A stretch of DNA of 64,000 nucleotides. It comes from a bacterium. GTDB lineage: Bacteria; UBA8248. The notes below the pieces were generated by a model. The model saw nothing but the letters and a program-made list of their open reading frames with translations. It did no database searches and was not told the DNA's origin. The DNA is taken from positions 76,593 through 140,592 of the forward strand of contig CBDBZY010000012.1 of NCBI GenBank assembly GCA_965213685.1. The letters are read 5' to 3'. Positions 1 to 9,865 of this stretch are shown here, piece by piece. The stretch's first letter is position 1; the number at the start of each line of letters is the position of its first letter. The position numbers were made by a program, and so were the translations under genes.

Positions 1-753
1 GCGATGGCGGCGGCGGGAGCGACAATCGACGTGCTTGTCGATGTGGACGTGGGCCAGGGGCGGTGCGGCGTGGCGCCGGGCGCGGCGGCGGTGGAACTGG
101 CCAGGCTCGTGGACAGGACGCGGGGGCTTGCCTTGCGGGGGATTCAGGCCTACCAGGGCGCGGCCCAGCACGTGGATGGATTCATCGAGCGGCGCGAGGC
201 GTATGGCGAGGCGATAGCGCTCATGCGGGAGACCATCACCGCGTTCGACGCCGCGGGCCTTCCGGCGGAGGTCAGGAGCGGCGGCGGCACGGGCTCCTGG
301 CGCTGGGATGCGGAATCAGGCGCGCTGAACGAGCTGCAGGCGGGCAGCTATCTTTTCATGGATTCCCACTATTGCGGCATCGGGGGGGAGGGTTCGGAAA
401 CCTATGACGATTTCCGGCCCAGCCTCTTCGTGCTGACGACCGTGGTGAGCGCGCCCGCGCCGGGTCGCGTGATCATGGACGCCGGCCACAAGGCGCTTGC
501 CTCCGACAGCGGGCTGGCCCCTTGTCTCGAACTCGAGGGCACCACGCACGCGAGAGCCTCCGACGAGCATGGCGTCCTGGAGCTCTCCGCCTCCTCCAGG
601 CGCCCGGAAATTGGCGAGACGCTCCTGTTCCAGCCCAGCCACTGCGACCCGACGATCAACCTCTATGACGTCTACCACGGGATTCGCGGAGGCATGGAGG
701 AGGGCGTTCTCGAGGCGGTGGTTCCCGTGGCGGCGCGCGGCTGCGTCTGGTAA
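1..753 (+). CDS. PLP-dependent DSD1/D-threonine aldolase-family enzyme (5'-truncated by window edge)
   Basis: Motifs VLVDVDVGQGRCGV, GIQAYQG, SGGGTG, ELQAGSYLFMD, DAGHKA, SDEHG and PSHCDPTINLYD are typical of the alanine-racemase-fold DSD1/D-TA family. The N-terminal PLP Lys lies outside the window. Confidence 0.85.
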   Translation, partial: AMAAAGATIDVLVDVDVGQGRCGVAPGAAAVELARLVDRTRGLALRGIQAYQGAAQHVDGFIERREAYGEAIALMRETITAFDAAGLPAEVRSGGGTGSWRWDAESGALNELQAGSYLFMDSHYCGIGGEGSETYDDFRPSLFVLTTVVSAPAPGRVIMDAGHKALASDSGLAPCLELEGTTHARASDEHGVLELSASSRRPEIGETLLFQPSHCDPTINLYDVYHGIRGGMEEGVLEAVVPVAARGCVW

Positions 754-784
754 GGGAGGCCGCGCCTCCCGCCCATGCGCGCCC

Positions 785-1309
785 TTATGCGGGTTTCCCG
801 AACGTGGCGACCCGATCCACGCGGCACTCGAACAGGACGCGCTTCTCGTCGATCACGGGGTCCCGGAGCGCATAGGGCGGGTCCTGGCCCGTGTATTTCG
901 TCCAGATGCGGTCGAGTTGCGCGCCAGCCTTCTCGCCCCCCGGCCCGTCCTCCCGTATCTCGTTGACCACCGTGCACTTGATGCTCATCCAGTGGTAGGG
1001 GTTCTCGGGGTTCACGAGCAGGATCGTCAGCTGCGGATTTTTCCGTATCCACCCGCATTTCGCCCGGTGTGCCGCCGTGTTCACCAGAATCGTGTCGCCC
1101 TCGTAGTCGAACCACATGGGCGTCATGTTCACCCGCCCGTCCGGGCCGATGAGTCCCAGCGTAACCGTGATCGGCATGTCCAGCAGCTGTTTGTAGATGG
1201 GGTCCAGGTCCGCCAGGCCGCCGGCCCTCCTCCTCTCGCCCACGGCGAACTGGCCTTCCTGCAGTCCCTCGGACACGTCCCGGAAATGGGCAACGGTGAA
1301 TCCCGCCAT
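785..1309 (-). CDS. Pyridoxamine 5'-phosphate oxidase-like (PPOX, split-barrel flavin/F420-binding) protein
   Basis: TLGLIGPDGRVNMTPMWF, NTAAHRAK..IRKNPQLTIL, NPENPY; AGGAG RBS upstream. Confidence 0.8.
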   Translation of the reverse strand: MAGFTVAHFRDVSEGLQEGQFAVGERRRAGGLADLDPIYKQLLDMPITVTLGLIGPDGRVNMTPMWFDYEGDTILVNTAAHRAKCGWIRKNPQLTILLVNPENPYHWMSIKCTVVNEIREDGPGGEKAGAQLDRIWTKYTGQDPPYALRDPVIDEKRVLFECRVDRVATFGKPA

Positions 1310-1348
1310 CGCGCGCTTCCTCCTGAAAAAAGAAAAGGGTTGCGTCAG

Positions 1349-1377
1349 ACGCTAGCAAAGGGGGCGCGGCGTGGCAA
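1349..1377 (-). promoter_or_regulatory. Putative sigma70 promoter for the PPOX gene
   Basis: Minus strand TTGCCA-N17-TAGCGT, about 40 nt upstream of the ATG. Confidence 0.45.
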
Positions 1378-1413
1378 GGGAGGCCGCACATCCGTCTATC
1401 CCGCCACGCCTCT

Positions 1414-2232
1414 CTATCTTCTCTTCCTGGGTTTCGCGTTGATGAAGGCTTCCCGAACGTAGCGGACGACCGACCAGATTTTCCTGTCGTCCAGCAGGTG
1501 GCCATACGCCTGCATATCGTCGTATTTTTTCACCTCGGTGGCGTCGATGCGACCGAGCCGGATGAGCCAGAACAGGAACGCATCGTCAAAGCGCGCCATC
1601 TGCTCCTTGCGCAGATAGTTCATCGGCGGCGGCTGAATGTGGCTGACGAATGGCTGGCCCGGGTCCTGGTCCTCGACCGGCCGGGGCCCGTTTCCCGCCC
1701 CCTTCTTGCCGTGGCAGGGGGAGCAGGCGTCCAGAAAGATTTCTCTCGTCTCCTCCGCATCCTGCGCCTGCTCTCCGCTCGTGAAGCCGCGCGCCCACTG
1801 GATGAGCCGCCGAATCTGCCCATCCTCCAGCGCCTCGCCGAACGAGGGCATGGCCGTGGGAACGCCGTTTTGTACCTTGTGGCCCTTCATCGTGTTTTTC
1901 AGGACGTTCATCTTGCCGAATTTCACGATGGCGAAGATGTAGTCATCCGTCATGCGCTTCATGTAGGGGCTGGTGAATATCTGCGGCCTCGGTCTCGTGG
2001 TTCGCCATTTCGGGCCTTTTCCGTCGCCTTTGACCCCGTGGCAGGAGAAGCAGATTTCTTCGTATATTTCCTTGCCCAGCCAGTAGTCCCCGCCGTGAAG
2101 TTTCGCCGTCTCCGGCTGGGGGGGCACTCTCCGTGCCGCGGAGGCGGCGGGTGCGGCGAGGCTCCACGCGAGCACCAGGACGATCCAGAAGCGTCTTCTC
2201 GTTGCGCTCCGCACGATTCCGTTCTCTCTCAT
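1414..2232 (-). CDS. Periplasmic di-heme c-type cytochrome
   Basis: Signal peptide ending AASA. Two CxxCH motifs (CFSCH, CSPCH), each followed by GxxGxGxGP and a distal Met (AMPSF, DMQAY). Confidence 0.85.
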   Translation of the reverse strand: MRENGIVRSATRRRFWIVLVLAWSLAAPAASAARRVPPQPETAKLHGGDYWLGKEIYEEICFSCHGVKGDGKGPKWRTTRPRPQIFTSPYMKRMTDDYIFAIVKFGKMNVLKNTMKGHKVQNGVPTAMPSFGEALEDGQIRRLIQWARGFTSGEQAQDAEETREIFLDACSPCHGKKGAGNGPRPVEDQDPGQPFVSHIQPPPMNYLRKEQMARFDDAFLFWLIRLGRIDATEVKKYDDMQAYGHLLDDRKIWSVVRYVREAFINAKPRKRR

Positions 2233-2328
2233 CGGTCTGGACTTCCGGCGTCGCCCGCCTGGGGTTTTTTCGGGTTTTTCGCGCGCGCGGGCGTTTCTCG
2301 CCCCGGGGAGTCTATCAGCATCCGGCCG

Positions 2329-2751
2329 CTAGGGGAGCAGGCGCATCCCCAGAAAAGAGACGAACAGGGAGACGAAGATGGCGAGAAATCCGCAATACGA
2401 GTGAATTTGCCGCAGGTCGTCGTTTCGCAGGTCTTTTTTCAGCCGCCGGCCCAGATAGGCCGTCCCCCACAAAAGGCCCAGGGCCAGGGTGGCGAAATAG
2501 CTGTGGGCCGTCTCGTAGACGGGCGATTCGAGGGCGAAGCGCATGCCGCCTAGGCCGAGGGCGTAGCCGGCGGAAAAAAAAGCGGTGAGCCATCGTCCGC
2601 TCCGCATGTGCAGCCGGGCGATTCGCGCCGTCTCGGACCCCGCGCGCCCCCTTCGGCTCCGCCGGACCCGCAATCCGTTCGCCAGAACGAAGAGACCGAG
2701 GGAGAGCGTGGCGATTTGAAGCGCCGGATGAATGTACGCCCCGAAATTCAT
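2329..2751 (-). CDS. Small membrane protein, DUF4079/cytochrome b561-like
   Basis: Four hydrophobic segments, each with a His near its start (YIHP, RLHM, TAHS, QIHS). Confidence 0.6.
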   Translation of the reverse strand: MNFGAYIHPALQIATLSLGLFVLANGLRVRRSRRGRAGSETARIARLHMRSGRWLTAFFSAGYALGLGGMRFALESPVYETAHSYFATLALGLLWGTAYLGRRLKKDLRNDDLRQIHSYCGFLAIFVSLFVSFLGMRLLP

Positions 2752-2884
2752 GCGCCGCCGTTTCGGAAAATGTGGACGGGATGCGCGCCCCTCCCCGCCA
2801 TGGGTATGTACCTTGTCGGGGGGCGGGACGCAAATCTATAATGGGGAGACGCGAGCCGGGCCGTCCGTTTTTCCTGGAGGGACG

Positions 2885-3679
2885 ATGAACATAGAGGATG
2901 TGCGCGCCATCGCGCGCGGCAGCAGGGTGTTCGACCTGGGCGTTGAGCTTTTCCCGGGGATGCCCCATGTCCCGCTCCATGGCCCGTTCGGCTATTCCAT
3001 GATCCGAGAACACGGCGATTTCATGTACGCGGGCGGGGCCTGCTCCGCCGTGGACACGTTTTTCTGCACCGGCCACACGGGCACGCACATCGACGCACTC
3101 GGCCATATCGCCCAGGACATGAAGCTCCACGGCGGCGTGGACGCAGCCGCCTCCCAGAGCAAGACGGGGGGGCTGAAGACCCACGGCGTCGAGAGCGTGG
3201 CGCCCGTGGTGCGGCGCGGCGTGATGCTCGACATGGCGGCGCACCTCCGCAAGGACGTGCTCGAGGCGGGGCGTCCCGTCACGAGGGAGGAGCTCGAGGC
3301 GGCCGCCGCCGCCCAGGGGGTCCGGATTGAGGCGGGCGACGTCGTCCTGGTGCGCACCGCGCATATGCGCCACTGGCCGGGCCGGAATTATTATTTTCAA
3401 AAGGGGGGCGTGCCCGGAATCGACCTGGGCGCGGCGAGGTGGCTCTCCGAGCAGGGCGTCTTCATGGTCGGAGGCGACACCTTCGCGGTCGAGGTTCTGC
3501 CCGCCCCCTCCCTGCCGGTGCACTGCCACATGCTCGTGGAGAGGGGAATCCACCTGCTCGAGGTGGCGGTGCTGGAGGAGTTGAGCGCGTCGCGGACGTA
3601 TGAGTTTCTCTTTCTCTGCCTGCCGCTCAAGATACGCGGCGGCACCGGCTCGCCCGTTCGCCCCGTGGCCATCCTGTAG
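2885..3679 (+). CDS. Cyclase family (kynurenine formamidase-like) metal-dependent hydrolase
   Basis: HTGTHIDALGH metal motif, GDVVLVRT, GGDTFAVE, PLKIRGGTGSPVRP; GGAGG RBS before ATG 2885. Confidence 0.9.
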   Translation: MNIEDVRAIARGSRVFDLGVELFPGMPHVPLHGPFGYSMIREHGDFMYAGGACSAVDTFFCTGHTGTHIDALGHIAQDMKLHGGVDAAASQSKTGGLKTHGVESVAPVVRRGVMLDMAAHLRKDVLEAGRPVTREELEAAAAAQGVRIEAGDVVLVRTAHMRHWPGRNYYFQKGGVPGIDLGAARWLSEQGVFMVGGDTFAVEVLPAPSLPVHCHMLVERGIHLLEVAVLEELSASRTYEFLFLCLPLKIRGGTGSPVRPVAIL

Positions 3680-3710
3680 GAACGTCCCCTTCCCGTTTTG
3701 GTGAGGCGTC

Positions 3711-4961
3711 ATGCCCCGCGTGCTGGAGGACAAGGCGAAAGCGCTTCTGGGCGATGCGGGCGTTCCCGTTCCCCGCGGCCGCTCTGCGCGTACGCCCGCC
3801 GAGGCGGAGAAGGCGGCGCGCGCGGTGGGCCGTCCCGTCATGGTGAAGGCGCTGATCCCCGCGGGAAAGCGCGGCAAGGCGGGGGCGATCCTCCCGGCGG
3901 ACACGCCCGATGACGCACGGGGGGCGGCCCGGAAACTGCTGGGCGGCGTGGTGCATCATTTCCCCGTCCGGCGCGTTTTGGTGGAGGAGAGGATAGGGAT
4001 CGCCCAGGAGTGGTATCTCTCGATCTCCTTCGACAGCGCGTCGCGCGGGCCGATCGTCATGTTCAGCGCGGAGGGCGGCGTGGAGGTTGAGACGATTCTG
4101 GAGCAAAGCCCCGGCGCGCTGAAGCGGCTGGAGGTCGATGTGCTGGAGGGGCTGAGCGAGGAGGCGTGCATCTCTTTTCTGCGCGCCTGCGGGGTGCACG
4201 GGGAGGCGCTGTTCCGGGCGGCGCCCATCGTCCAGGCCTGCTACGCGCTTTTTTGCCGCACCGAAGCGCGGCTCCTGGAGGTCAACCCGCTCGTCATGAG
4301 CGATGGGGAGAAGGTTCTCGCCGCCGCGTGCGTCCTCGATCTGGACGCGGACGCCCTGTTTCGGCACCCCAACCTCGGAGCGCTGCTCGACGATGGGGGT
4401 TCCGGGGACGGCTGGCGTCCGCCCACCCCGCTGGAGGCGCGGATCGCCGGCATCGACGCCCGGGTGCCGCCGCTGGGCACGACGCGCTTCCGGGAAATCG
4501 ACGGCGGGGAGATCGCCCTGCTCTGGAGCGGGGGCGGGGGCGGCCTGTATCTCCTCGATACGATGGCGCGCCTGGGCGGGAAGCCGGCGACGGCCTTTGA
4601 CATTACGCCGGGCCCTCTGGAGGAGAAGTATTTCCGGATCGCCAAAGAGATTCTGCGGATGCCGCACCTCAGGGGGGCGCTCGCGGGGAGCAACATCACG
4701 AGTTTCTCGCGCGTGCAGCTCAAGGTGCGCGCCATCGTCCGGGCGGTGGAGGAGACGGGGGTCGACCTCGCCCGATTCCCCTTCGTCGTCCGCTTCGCGG
4801 GCGCGGGCGGGGAGGAGGCCAGGCGGATCGCCCGGACGTGCCCGGGCCTGCAGTATCTGGGCGCGGAGGCGACGCTCGAGGAGGCGGCCGAGCGCATCGT
4901 CGCCCAGGTCGAGGCGGTGAAGCGCGGAGAGTCCTGGGCGGACGCGGGAGGTGCGCGTTGA
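3711..4961 (+). CDS. Succinyl-CoA synthetase beta-subunit-like ATP-grasp protein (divergent paralog)
   Basis: KAKALL..GVPVPRG, VKALIPAGKRGKAGAI, VLVEE, EWYLSI, SAEGGVEVE, LLEVNPL, DADALFRHP. The C-terminal ligase domain diverges from canonical SucC. Confidence 0.8.
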   Translation: MPRVLEDKAKALLGDAGVPVPRGRSARTPAEAEKAARAVGRPVMVKALIPAGKRGKAGAILPADTPDDARGAARKLLGGVVHHFPVRRVLVEERIGIAQEWYLSISFDSASRGPIVMFSAEGGVEVETILEQSPGALKRLEVDVLEGLSEEACISFLRACGVHGEALFRAAPIVQACYALFCRTEARLLEVNPLVMSDGEKVLAAACVLDLDADALFRHPNLGALLDDGGSGDGWRPPTPLEARIAGIDARVPPLGTTRFREIDGGEIALLWSGGGGGLYLLDTMARLGGKPATAFDITPGPLEEKYFRIAKEILRMPHLRGALAGSNITSFSRVQLKVRAIVRAVEETGVDLARFPFVVRFAGAGGEEARRIARTCPGLQYLGAEATLEEAAERIVAQVEAVKRGESWADAGGAR

Positions 4962-5860
4962 GCATCCTGATCGACGAGAGCAGCCGCGTCGTCGTGGCCG
5001 GCATCACCGGCTGGCAGGCGCGCGCCCACACCGGTTTCATGCGGAAATACGGCACCCGGGTGGTGGCCGGCGTGGTGCCGGGGCGCGCCGGCGAGGATTG
5101 CGACGGCGTGCCTGTCTACGGCTCGTTCGCCTCCGCGATGGGCGCGCATCCCGCGGACGCCGCCGTCTTGTTCGTGCCCGCCGTCGCGGCGGCGGATTCG
5201 GCCATCGAGGCGGTCAGGGCGGGCGTTCCCCTGGTGCTCGTGTGCGCCGAGGGCCTGCCCCGACACGACGTGGCGCGGATGATCGCCCACGCCCGGCGCG
5301 CGGGTGCCCGTCTGGTGGGTCCCAACAGCCAGGGCGTCATCAGTCCCGGGCGCGCGAAGATGGGAGGCACCGGCGGCGATTTGCCCATCACGAATCTCCT
5401 GTTTCAAAGGGGGCCGGTGGGCGTGTTGAGCAGAAGCGGGGGGATGGGCAGCGAGACCTGCTGGCTTCTGAGCCGCGAGGGAATCGGCCAGAGCACCTAT
5501 GTGAGCGTGGGCGGGGACGCGATGGTGGGCGCCCCGTTTTCGGAACTCCTCCCCTTGTTTGCGGAGGATCCCGAGACGGAGTGCGTCGTTTTGTTCGGCG
5601 AGCCGGGCTCGTCCGCCGAGGAGGAGGCGGCGCGCCTGATAGGAGAGGGCGGGTTCACGAAGCCGGCGGTCGCCTTCATCGCGGGGATGATTCACGAGTC
5701 CGCCCCGCGCGGGGTGAGCTTCGGCCACGCGGCGGCCATCATCGAGCGGGGCGAGGGTTCGCCGGCGCGAAAAAAGGCGCTGCTCGCAGAGGCGGGCGTC
5801 GCCGTGGTCGACGACATGCGCGAGATTCCGGCCGCCGTGCGGGACGCCATGGCCTGCTAG
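4958..5860 (+). CDS. Succinyl-CoA synthetase alpha-subunit-like protein
   Basis: TTG start overlapping the upstream stop (TTGA). SILIDESSRVVVAGITG, LVGPNSQGVI, SRSGG, VSVGGD, FGEPG and the phospho-His motif SFGHAAAI. Confidence 0.85.
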   Translation: MSILIDESSRVVVAGITGWQARAHTGFMRKYGTRVVAGVVPGRAGEDCDGVPVYGSFASAMGAHPADAAVLFVPAVAAADSAIEAVRAGVPLVLVCAEGLPRHDVARMIAHARRAGARLVGPNSQGVISPGRAKMGGTGGDLPITNLLFQRGPVGVLSRSGGMGSETCWLLSREGIGQSTYVSVGGDAMVGAPFSELLPLFAEDPETECVVLFGEPGSSAEEEAARLIGEGGFTKPAVAFIAGMIHESAPRGVSFGHAAAIIERGEGSPARKKALLAEAGVAVVDDMREIPAAVRDAMAC

Positions 5861-5956
5861 ATTTTCTCCCCCCCAGCTGATAATCCTGTCCGGAATTTCC
5901 GCGCAACCGGACGGTTCGGTGTTGTATCCATCTCTCGGGACAAGGAGATATTGCGA

Positions 5957-7636
5957 ATGCCCAAGATGACTGGCGCCCAGGTCATGGCCGAGATGCTCAA
6001 GGGCTATGGCGTGACCCACACCTTTCTGGTTCCCGCCGTTCTCCGGCGCTCGATGGCCGAGATGGAGGAGCGCACGAACATCGCCCGCATCCAGACGCAC
6101 GGCGAGAAATCCGCCGCCTACATGGCGGACGGCTACGCGCGCGCGGGCAAGAAGCCGGGCGTCTGCATGGCGCAGGTCATCGGCGCGCTGAACCTGGCGG
6201 CGGGCTTGCGGGACGCCTATCTGGCGAAATCGCCCGTCCTCGCCTTCACGGGCGGCCGCGTGCCCCGGACGAAGTTCCGGAAGGTCTATCAGGAGGTGGA
6301 CGACGTTCCCGCCTTCGAGCCGGTGACGAAGTTCAACGCCACGGTGGACGACGTCTCGCGCTTCCCGGACATGCTGCGCCAGGCCTTCCGCGCGGCGACC
6401 TCGGGCTGTCCGGGGCCCGTGCACCTGCAATTTGCCGGAAACGAGGGACAGCTCGACGTCGAGGAAGCCGAGATGGAGGTGATCATCGAGGAGGATTTCA
6501 AGGAGCTGCCCCCCTATCGGCCAGAGCCCGAGATGGCGCGCGTCCAGGCGGCGGTCGGGCTGCTGGAGAAGGCGCGGCGCCCCGTCATCGTCGCGGGCGG
6601 CGGCGTCCGCTCGTCAGGCGCCTCCAGGGAGCTCGTCGCCCTCGCGGAGAAGATGGGCATACCGGTGGCCACGTCGCTCAACGGCAAGGACAACATTCCG
6701 GGGAATCATCCGCTCTCCGTGGGCGTGGCGGGCACCTACTCGAGAAAAAGCGCAAACCGGGTCGTGAACGCAGCGGACCTGGTTTTTTTCGTCGGCACCG
6801 AGACGGGGGGCATGACGACGCACTTTTGGGCCGTGCCGCCCATCGGCACGCCCGCCATCCAGCTGGACATCGAGCCCGAGGCGCTGGCGCGGAACTATCC
6901 CTTGCAGGCGGCGATTCTGGGCGACGCCAAGGTGAGCCTGCAAAAGATGGCGGACGCCGCGAGCGGGGAGTCCGCCGCGTCGCGGGCCGGCTGGGTGGAG
7001 AGGGCGCAAGGATTCGTCCGGGGATGGCGCGAGGAGTTTCGCGAATATCTCGCGTCCGACGCCGCGCCCATGCGCCCCGAGCGCATCTGCGAGGAGCTGA
7101 CGGACTCCCTGCCGTCTGACTGCATCGTGCTGGCCGATACGGGCCACTCGGGCATGTGGATGGGCGGCATGTATGATCTCTCGCATCCGGATCAGAGCTA
7201 CATGCGAAGTGCCGGGCACCTGGGCTGGGCCTTCTCGGCGGGCCTCGGTGCCAAATGCGCTGTGCCCGACAGGCCGGTTCTCGCGTTCAACGGCGATTCG
7301 GGCTTCTGGTATCACCTCTCCGAGATCGAGACCGCCGTGCGCTGGAAGATCAACGCGGTGACCCTGGTGAACAACAACGCCTCGGGGAATCAGTCCAAGC
7401 GCGGCTTCGATCGCGCCTATGGGGGGGAGCAGACCAGGCAGGCGTATGAGCTGTGGACCCTCAACGAGGTGAATTTCGCCGAAATCGCCGAAACGATGGG
7501 CGCACTCGGCATTCGGGTGGAAAAGCCCGGGGAGCTGAAGGGCGCGCTCGACCGGGCGTTCAGCGCGAACAGGCCCGTCGTGATCGACTGCGTGAGCGAC
7601 ATCGAGGCCATGGCGCCCCTGGCGGTGACGGAGTGA
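5957..7636 (+). CDS. Thiamine-diphosphate-dependent enzyme (acetolactate synthase-like family)
   Basis: MTGAQVMAEML, HGEKSAAYMADGYAR, GPVHL, RPVIVAGGG, and the ThDP motif GDSG..NN; AAGGAG RBS. Confidence 0.9.
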   Translation: MPKMTGAQVMAEMLKGYGVTHTFLVPAVLRRSMAEMEERTNIARIQTHGEKSAAYMADGYARAGKKPGVCMAQVIGALNLAAGLRDAYLAKSPVLAFTGGRVPRTKFRKVYQEVDDVPAFEPVTKFNATVDDVSRFPDMLRQAFRAATSGCPGPVHLQFAGNEGQLDVEEAEMEVIIEEDFKELPPYRPEPEMARVQAAVGLLEKARRPVIVAGGGVRSSGASRELVALAEKMGIPVATSLNGKDNIPGNHPLSVGVAGTYSRKSANRVVNAADLVFFVGTETGGMTTHFWAVPPIGTPAIQLDIEPEALARNYPLQAAILGDAKVSLQKMADAASGESAASRAGWVERAQGFVRGWREEFREYLASDAAPMRPERICEELTDSLPSDCIVLADTGHSGMWMGGMYDLSHPDQSYMRSAGHLGWAFSAGLGAKCAVPDRPVLAFNGDSGFWYHLSEIETAVRWKINAVTLVNNNASGNQSKRGFDRAYGGEQTRQAYELWTLNEVNFAEIAETMGALGIRVEKPGELKGALDRAFSANRPVVIDCVSDIEAMAPLAVTE

Positions 7637-7783
7637 GGCGGGCGCTTCGCACCGGAGTCGACGGCGCGGCGCAGGCCGACGGATTGCCGGGGAAGCTGCG
7701 GACCTGGCCGCTTCTTGCGCAGGAGAAGGTCTGAGACGCCCGATGAATGCGCTGCGTGCGGATGCGCCCTTTCTGCGTGTTTC

Positions 7784-8638
7784 TTATGCAGGGGCGCCTG
7801 CGGAGGCCATCGTCTTTTTCAGAAACTCCCGCGTCACGCGGATGAACTCGCCGGGAGCGTCCATATAGACGTGGTGGTGCGCGCCCCGAATCACGGCGAC
7901 CTCGACGCGGGGCGCCTCCCGCCGCACCCAATCGAGAGAGTCCGCTCCCAGCCGGTCGGACAATTCGCCCGCCACCAGCAGGGCGGGCACGTTCACCTTC
8001 CGCCAGCCGGGGCGCTGGTCGGTCTCGGGACGGGCCGCGTGAAAGCGCCTGTCCGCCTTCACCGTCCACGCCCCGTCGCCGTCCGGCCGCACGGCATGGC
8101 GCGCGATGTGGGCGAGGGTCTGCGGGTCCACCCTGTCCGATGAGGGCAGGAGCCGGAATTTCTCCACGAAAAGCGATTGCGACGCCCAGGGCCTGGCGGG
8201 CCTTTTGCCGAACGCGCGCACCTCGGCGAGGATTCGGTCCGTCGTCCTCAGCGGAGAGTCCACGATGATGAGTCCCGCGACCTCGGGAGGCTCCAGGTCG
8301 AAGAGGTTGAGGGCGATGACGCCTCCCATCGAGTGGGCCATCACATAGGGTTTTCTCCCGCTCGCCTCCCTGGCCCATCGCACCCAACCGGCGACGTCGC
8401 GCAGCAGGTCCTCGAAGCGGTATGCGTCCAGCCATTCGTTGTCTCCGTGGCCTCGGTGATCCGGCGCCACCGGCCGGAGCATGTCCTTGTAGTGCGGGGC
8501 AATGTGGTCCCACCAGCGCGCGTGGGCGGCTGCGCCATGCAGCATCAGGAGGACGGGCGTTGCCCCCGCACCCCCGTGGTCCAGGGCGTGAAGCCGCACC
8601 CCGCCCCTTTCGATGAATACGCTCCTCGGTTCACCCAT
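7784..8638 (-). CDS. Alpha/beta hydrolase
   Basis: LHGAAAH, DHRGHG, nucleophile elbow AHSMGG, C-terminal GAHHHV. Start chosen at MGEPR; the ORF extends to 8725. Confidence 0.85.
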   Translation of the reverse strand: MGEPRSVFIERGGVRLHALDHGGAGATPVLLMLHGAAAHARWWDHIAPHYKDMLRPVAPDHRGHGDNEWLDAYRFEDLLRDVAGWVRWAREASGRKPYVMAHSMGGVIALNLFDLEPPEVAGLIIVDSPLRTTDRILAEVRAFGKRPARPWASQSLFVEKFRLLPSSDRVDPQTLAHIARHAVRPDGDGAWTVKADRRFHAARPETDQRPGWRKVNVPALLVAGELSDRLGADSLDWVRREAPRVEVAVIRGAHHHVYMDAPGEFIRVTREFLKKTMASAGAPA

Positions 8639-8780
8639 TTGCTCTCGCTCCGCGCGACGATTCAGAATTTCGGGGGGAGAATCCATGATCGGGGCGGGAA
8701 TGGCAAGCCTGCCGAGCCTTCCCAAGGGAGGGGCGTTCCCCCATGGCCGGAGCCGCCCCCGGTGCGCCAGCCCGGCCGCC

Positions 8781-9863
8781 TCAGCGCGTCAGGAGGCGGA
8801 CCGCCTCGGCGCCCAGGCCAACGACGACCTCCTCGCCGACGGCGAAAGCGCGGCGGCCCGGGTGGTGGGTGTCGTCGACCAGCAGCATGGCGTCGCCGAC
8901 CTCTACGGCGTAGCGGAGGAGGTGGCCGAGGAACTCACGGTGTCGCACCCGACCGGCGAAGGCGATGCCCTCCGCCGTCTCGGCCGGTGCGGCGATGGTC
9001 ACGTCCTGCGGTCGGAACATGGCGGTTTGGGCACCGCCCGGTGCGTGAGCACCGCCCGCCAGCGGCAAGACCATGCCGTTGGCCGCCACGAAGCGCGCTC
9101 CGTCGGCGGCTGCCTCGACCCGTCCGTCGATGAGATTTGCGGTGCCCAGGAAGTCGGCGACGAAGCGATTGACCGGCTTGTCATAGAGTTCGATGGGCAG
9201 CCCCACCTGCTGGAGGACGCCGGCGTCGAGCACCGCCATCCGATCCGAGATGGTGTTGGCCTCGTCCTGGTCGTGGGTGACGAAGATGGTGGTCAACCGG
9301 AGTTTCCGCTGCAGATCCAGAATCTCGCGGCGCATTTGCACGCGCAGGCTCGCGTCTAGGTTGGAGAGCGGCTCGTCGAGTAAAAGCACCCGGGGCTCGA
9401 CGACGATGGTGCGCGCCAGCGCGACCCGTTGCTGCTGCCCGCCGGAGAGTTGCGACGGACGTCGGTCCCCCAGCTCCAGAAGCCCGACCATATCCAGTGC
9501 GGCGTCGACCCGCTTCGGAATCTCGGCTGCCGGCATCTTGCGCTCCTCGAGGCCGAAAGCGACGTTCCTGCGCACCGTCATGTGCGGCCACAGCGCATAG
9601 GATTGAAAGACCATGCCGACGTTGCGCCGCCACGGCGGCAGGCGGGTCACGTCGTCGCCGGCGATCAAAATACGCCCGCGGGGAGCCGGGCCGAAGCCGG
9701 CGATGGCGCGCAACAAGGTCGATTTGCCGGACCCGGACGGCCCCAGGAAGGTGAACAACTCGCCTGGCTCGATGCGCAGGTCGACGTCCCGGAGCACATC
9801 GGTCGTATCGTAGGCGAGGCTCAACCGCTCGATGACGACGCTGGCGGCGGTTTCCGACGTCAT
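8781..9863 (-). CDS. ABC transporter ATP-binding subunit (FbpC/PotA type, C-terminal TOBE domain)
   Basis: Walker A GPSGSGKS, FQSYALWPH, LSGGQQQR, LLLDEP, VTHDQ. Confidence 0.92.
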   Translation of the reverse strand: MTSETAASVVIERLSLAYDTTDVLRDVDLRIEPGELFTFLGPSGSGKSTLLRAIAGFGPAPRGRILIAGDDVTRLPPWRRNVGMVFQSYALWPHMTVRRNVAFGLEERKMPAAEIPKRVDAALDMVGLLELGDRRPSQLSGGQQQRVALARTIVVEPRVLLLDEPLSNLDASLRVQMRREILDLQRKLRLTTIFVTHDQDEANTISDRMAVLDAGVLQQVGLPIELYDKPVNRFVADFLGTANLIDGRVEAAADGARFVAANGMVLPLAGGAHAPGGAQTAMFRPQDVTIAAPAETAEGIAFAGRVRHREFLGHLLRYAVEVGDAMLLVDDTHHPGRRAFAVGEEVVVGLGAEAVRLLTR

Positions 9864-9865
9864 GG

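Noticed and set aside
3711-5860. Assigning gene symbols sucC/sucD
   Set aside because: The substrate-side motifs of the beta subunit are divergent and there is no TCA-cycle context.
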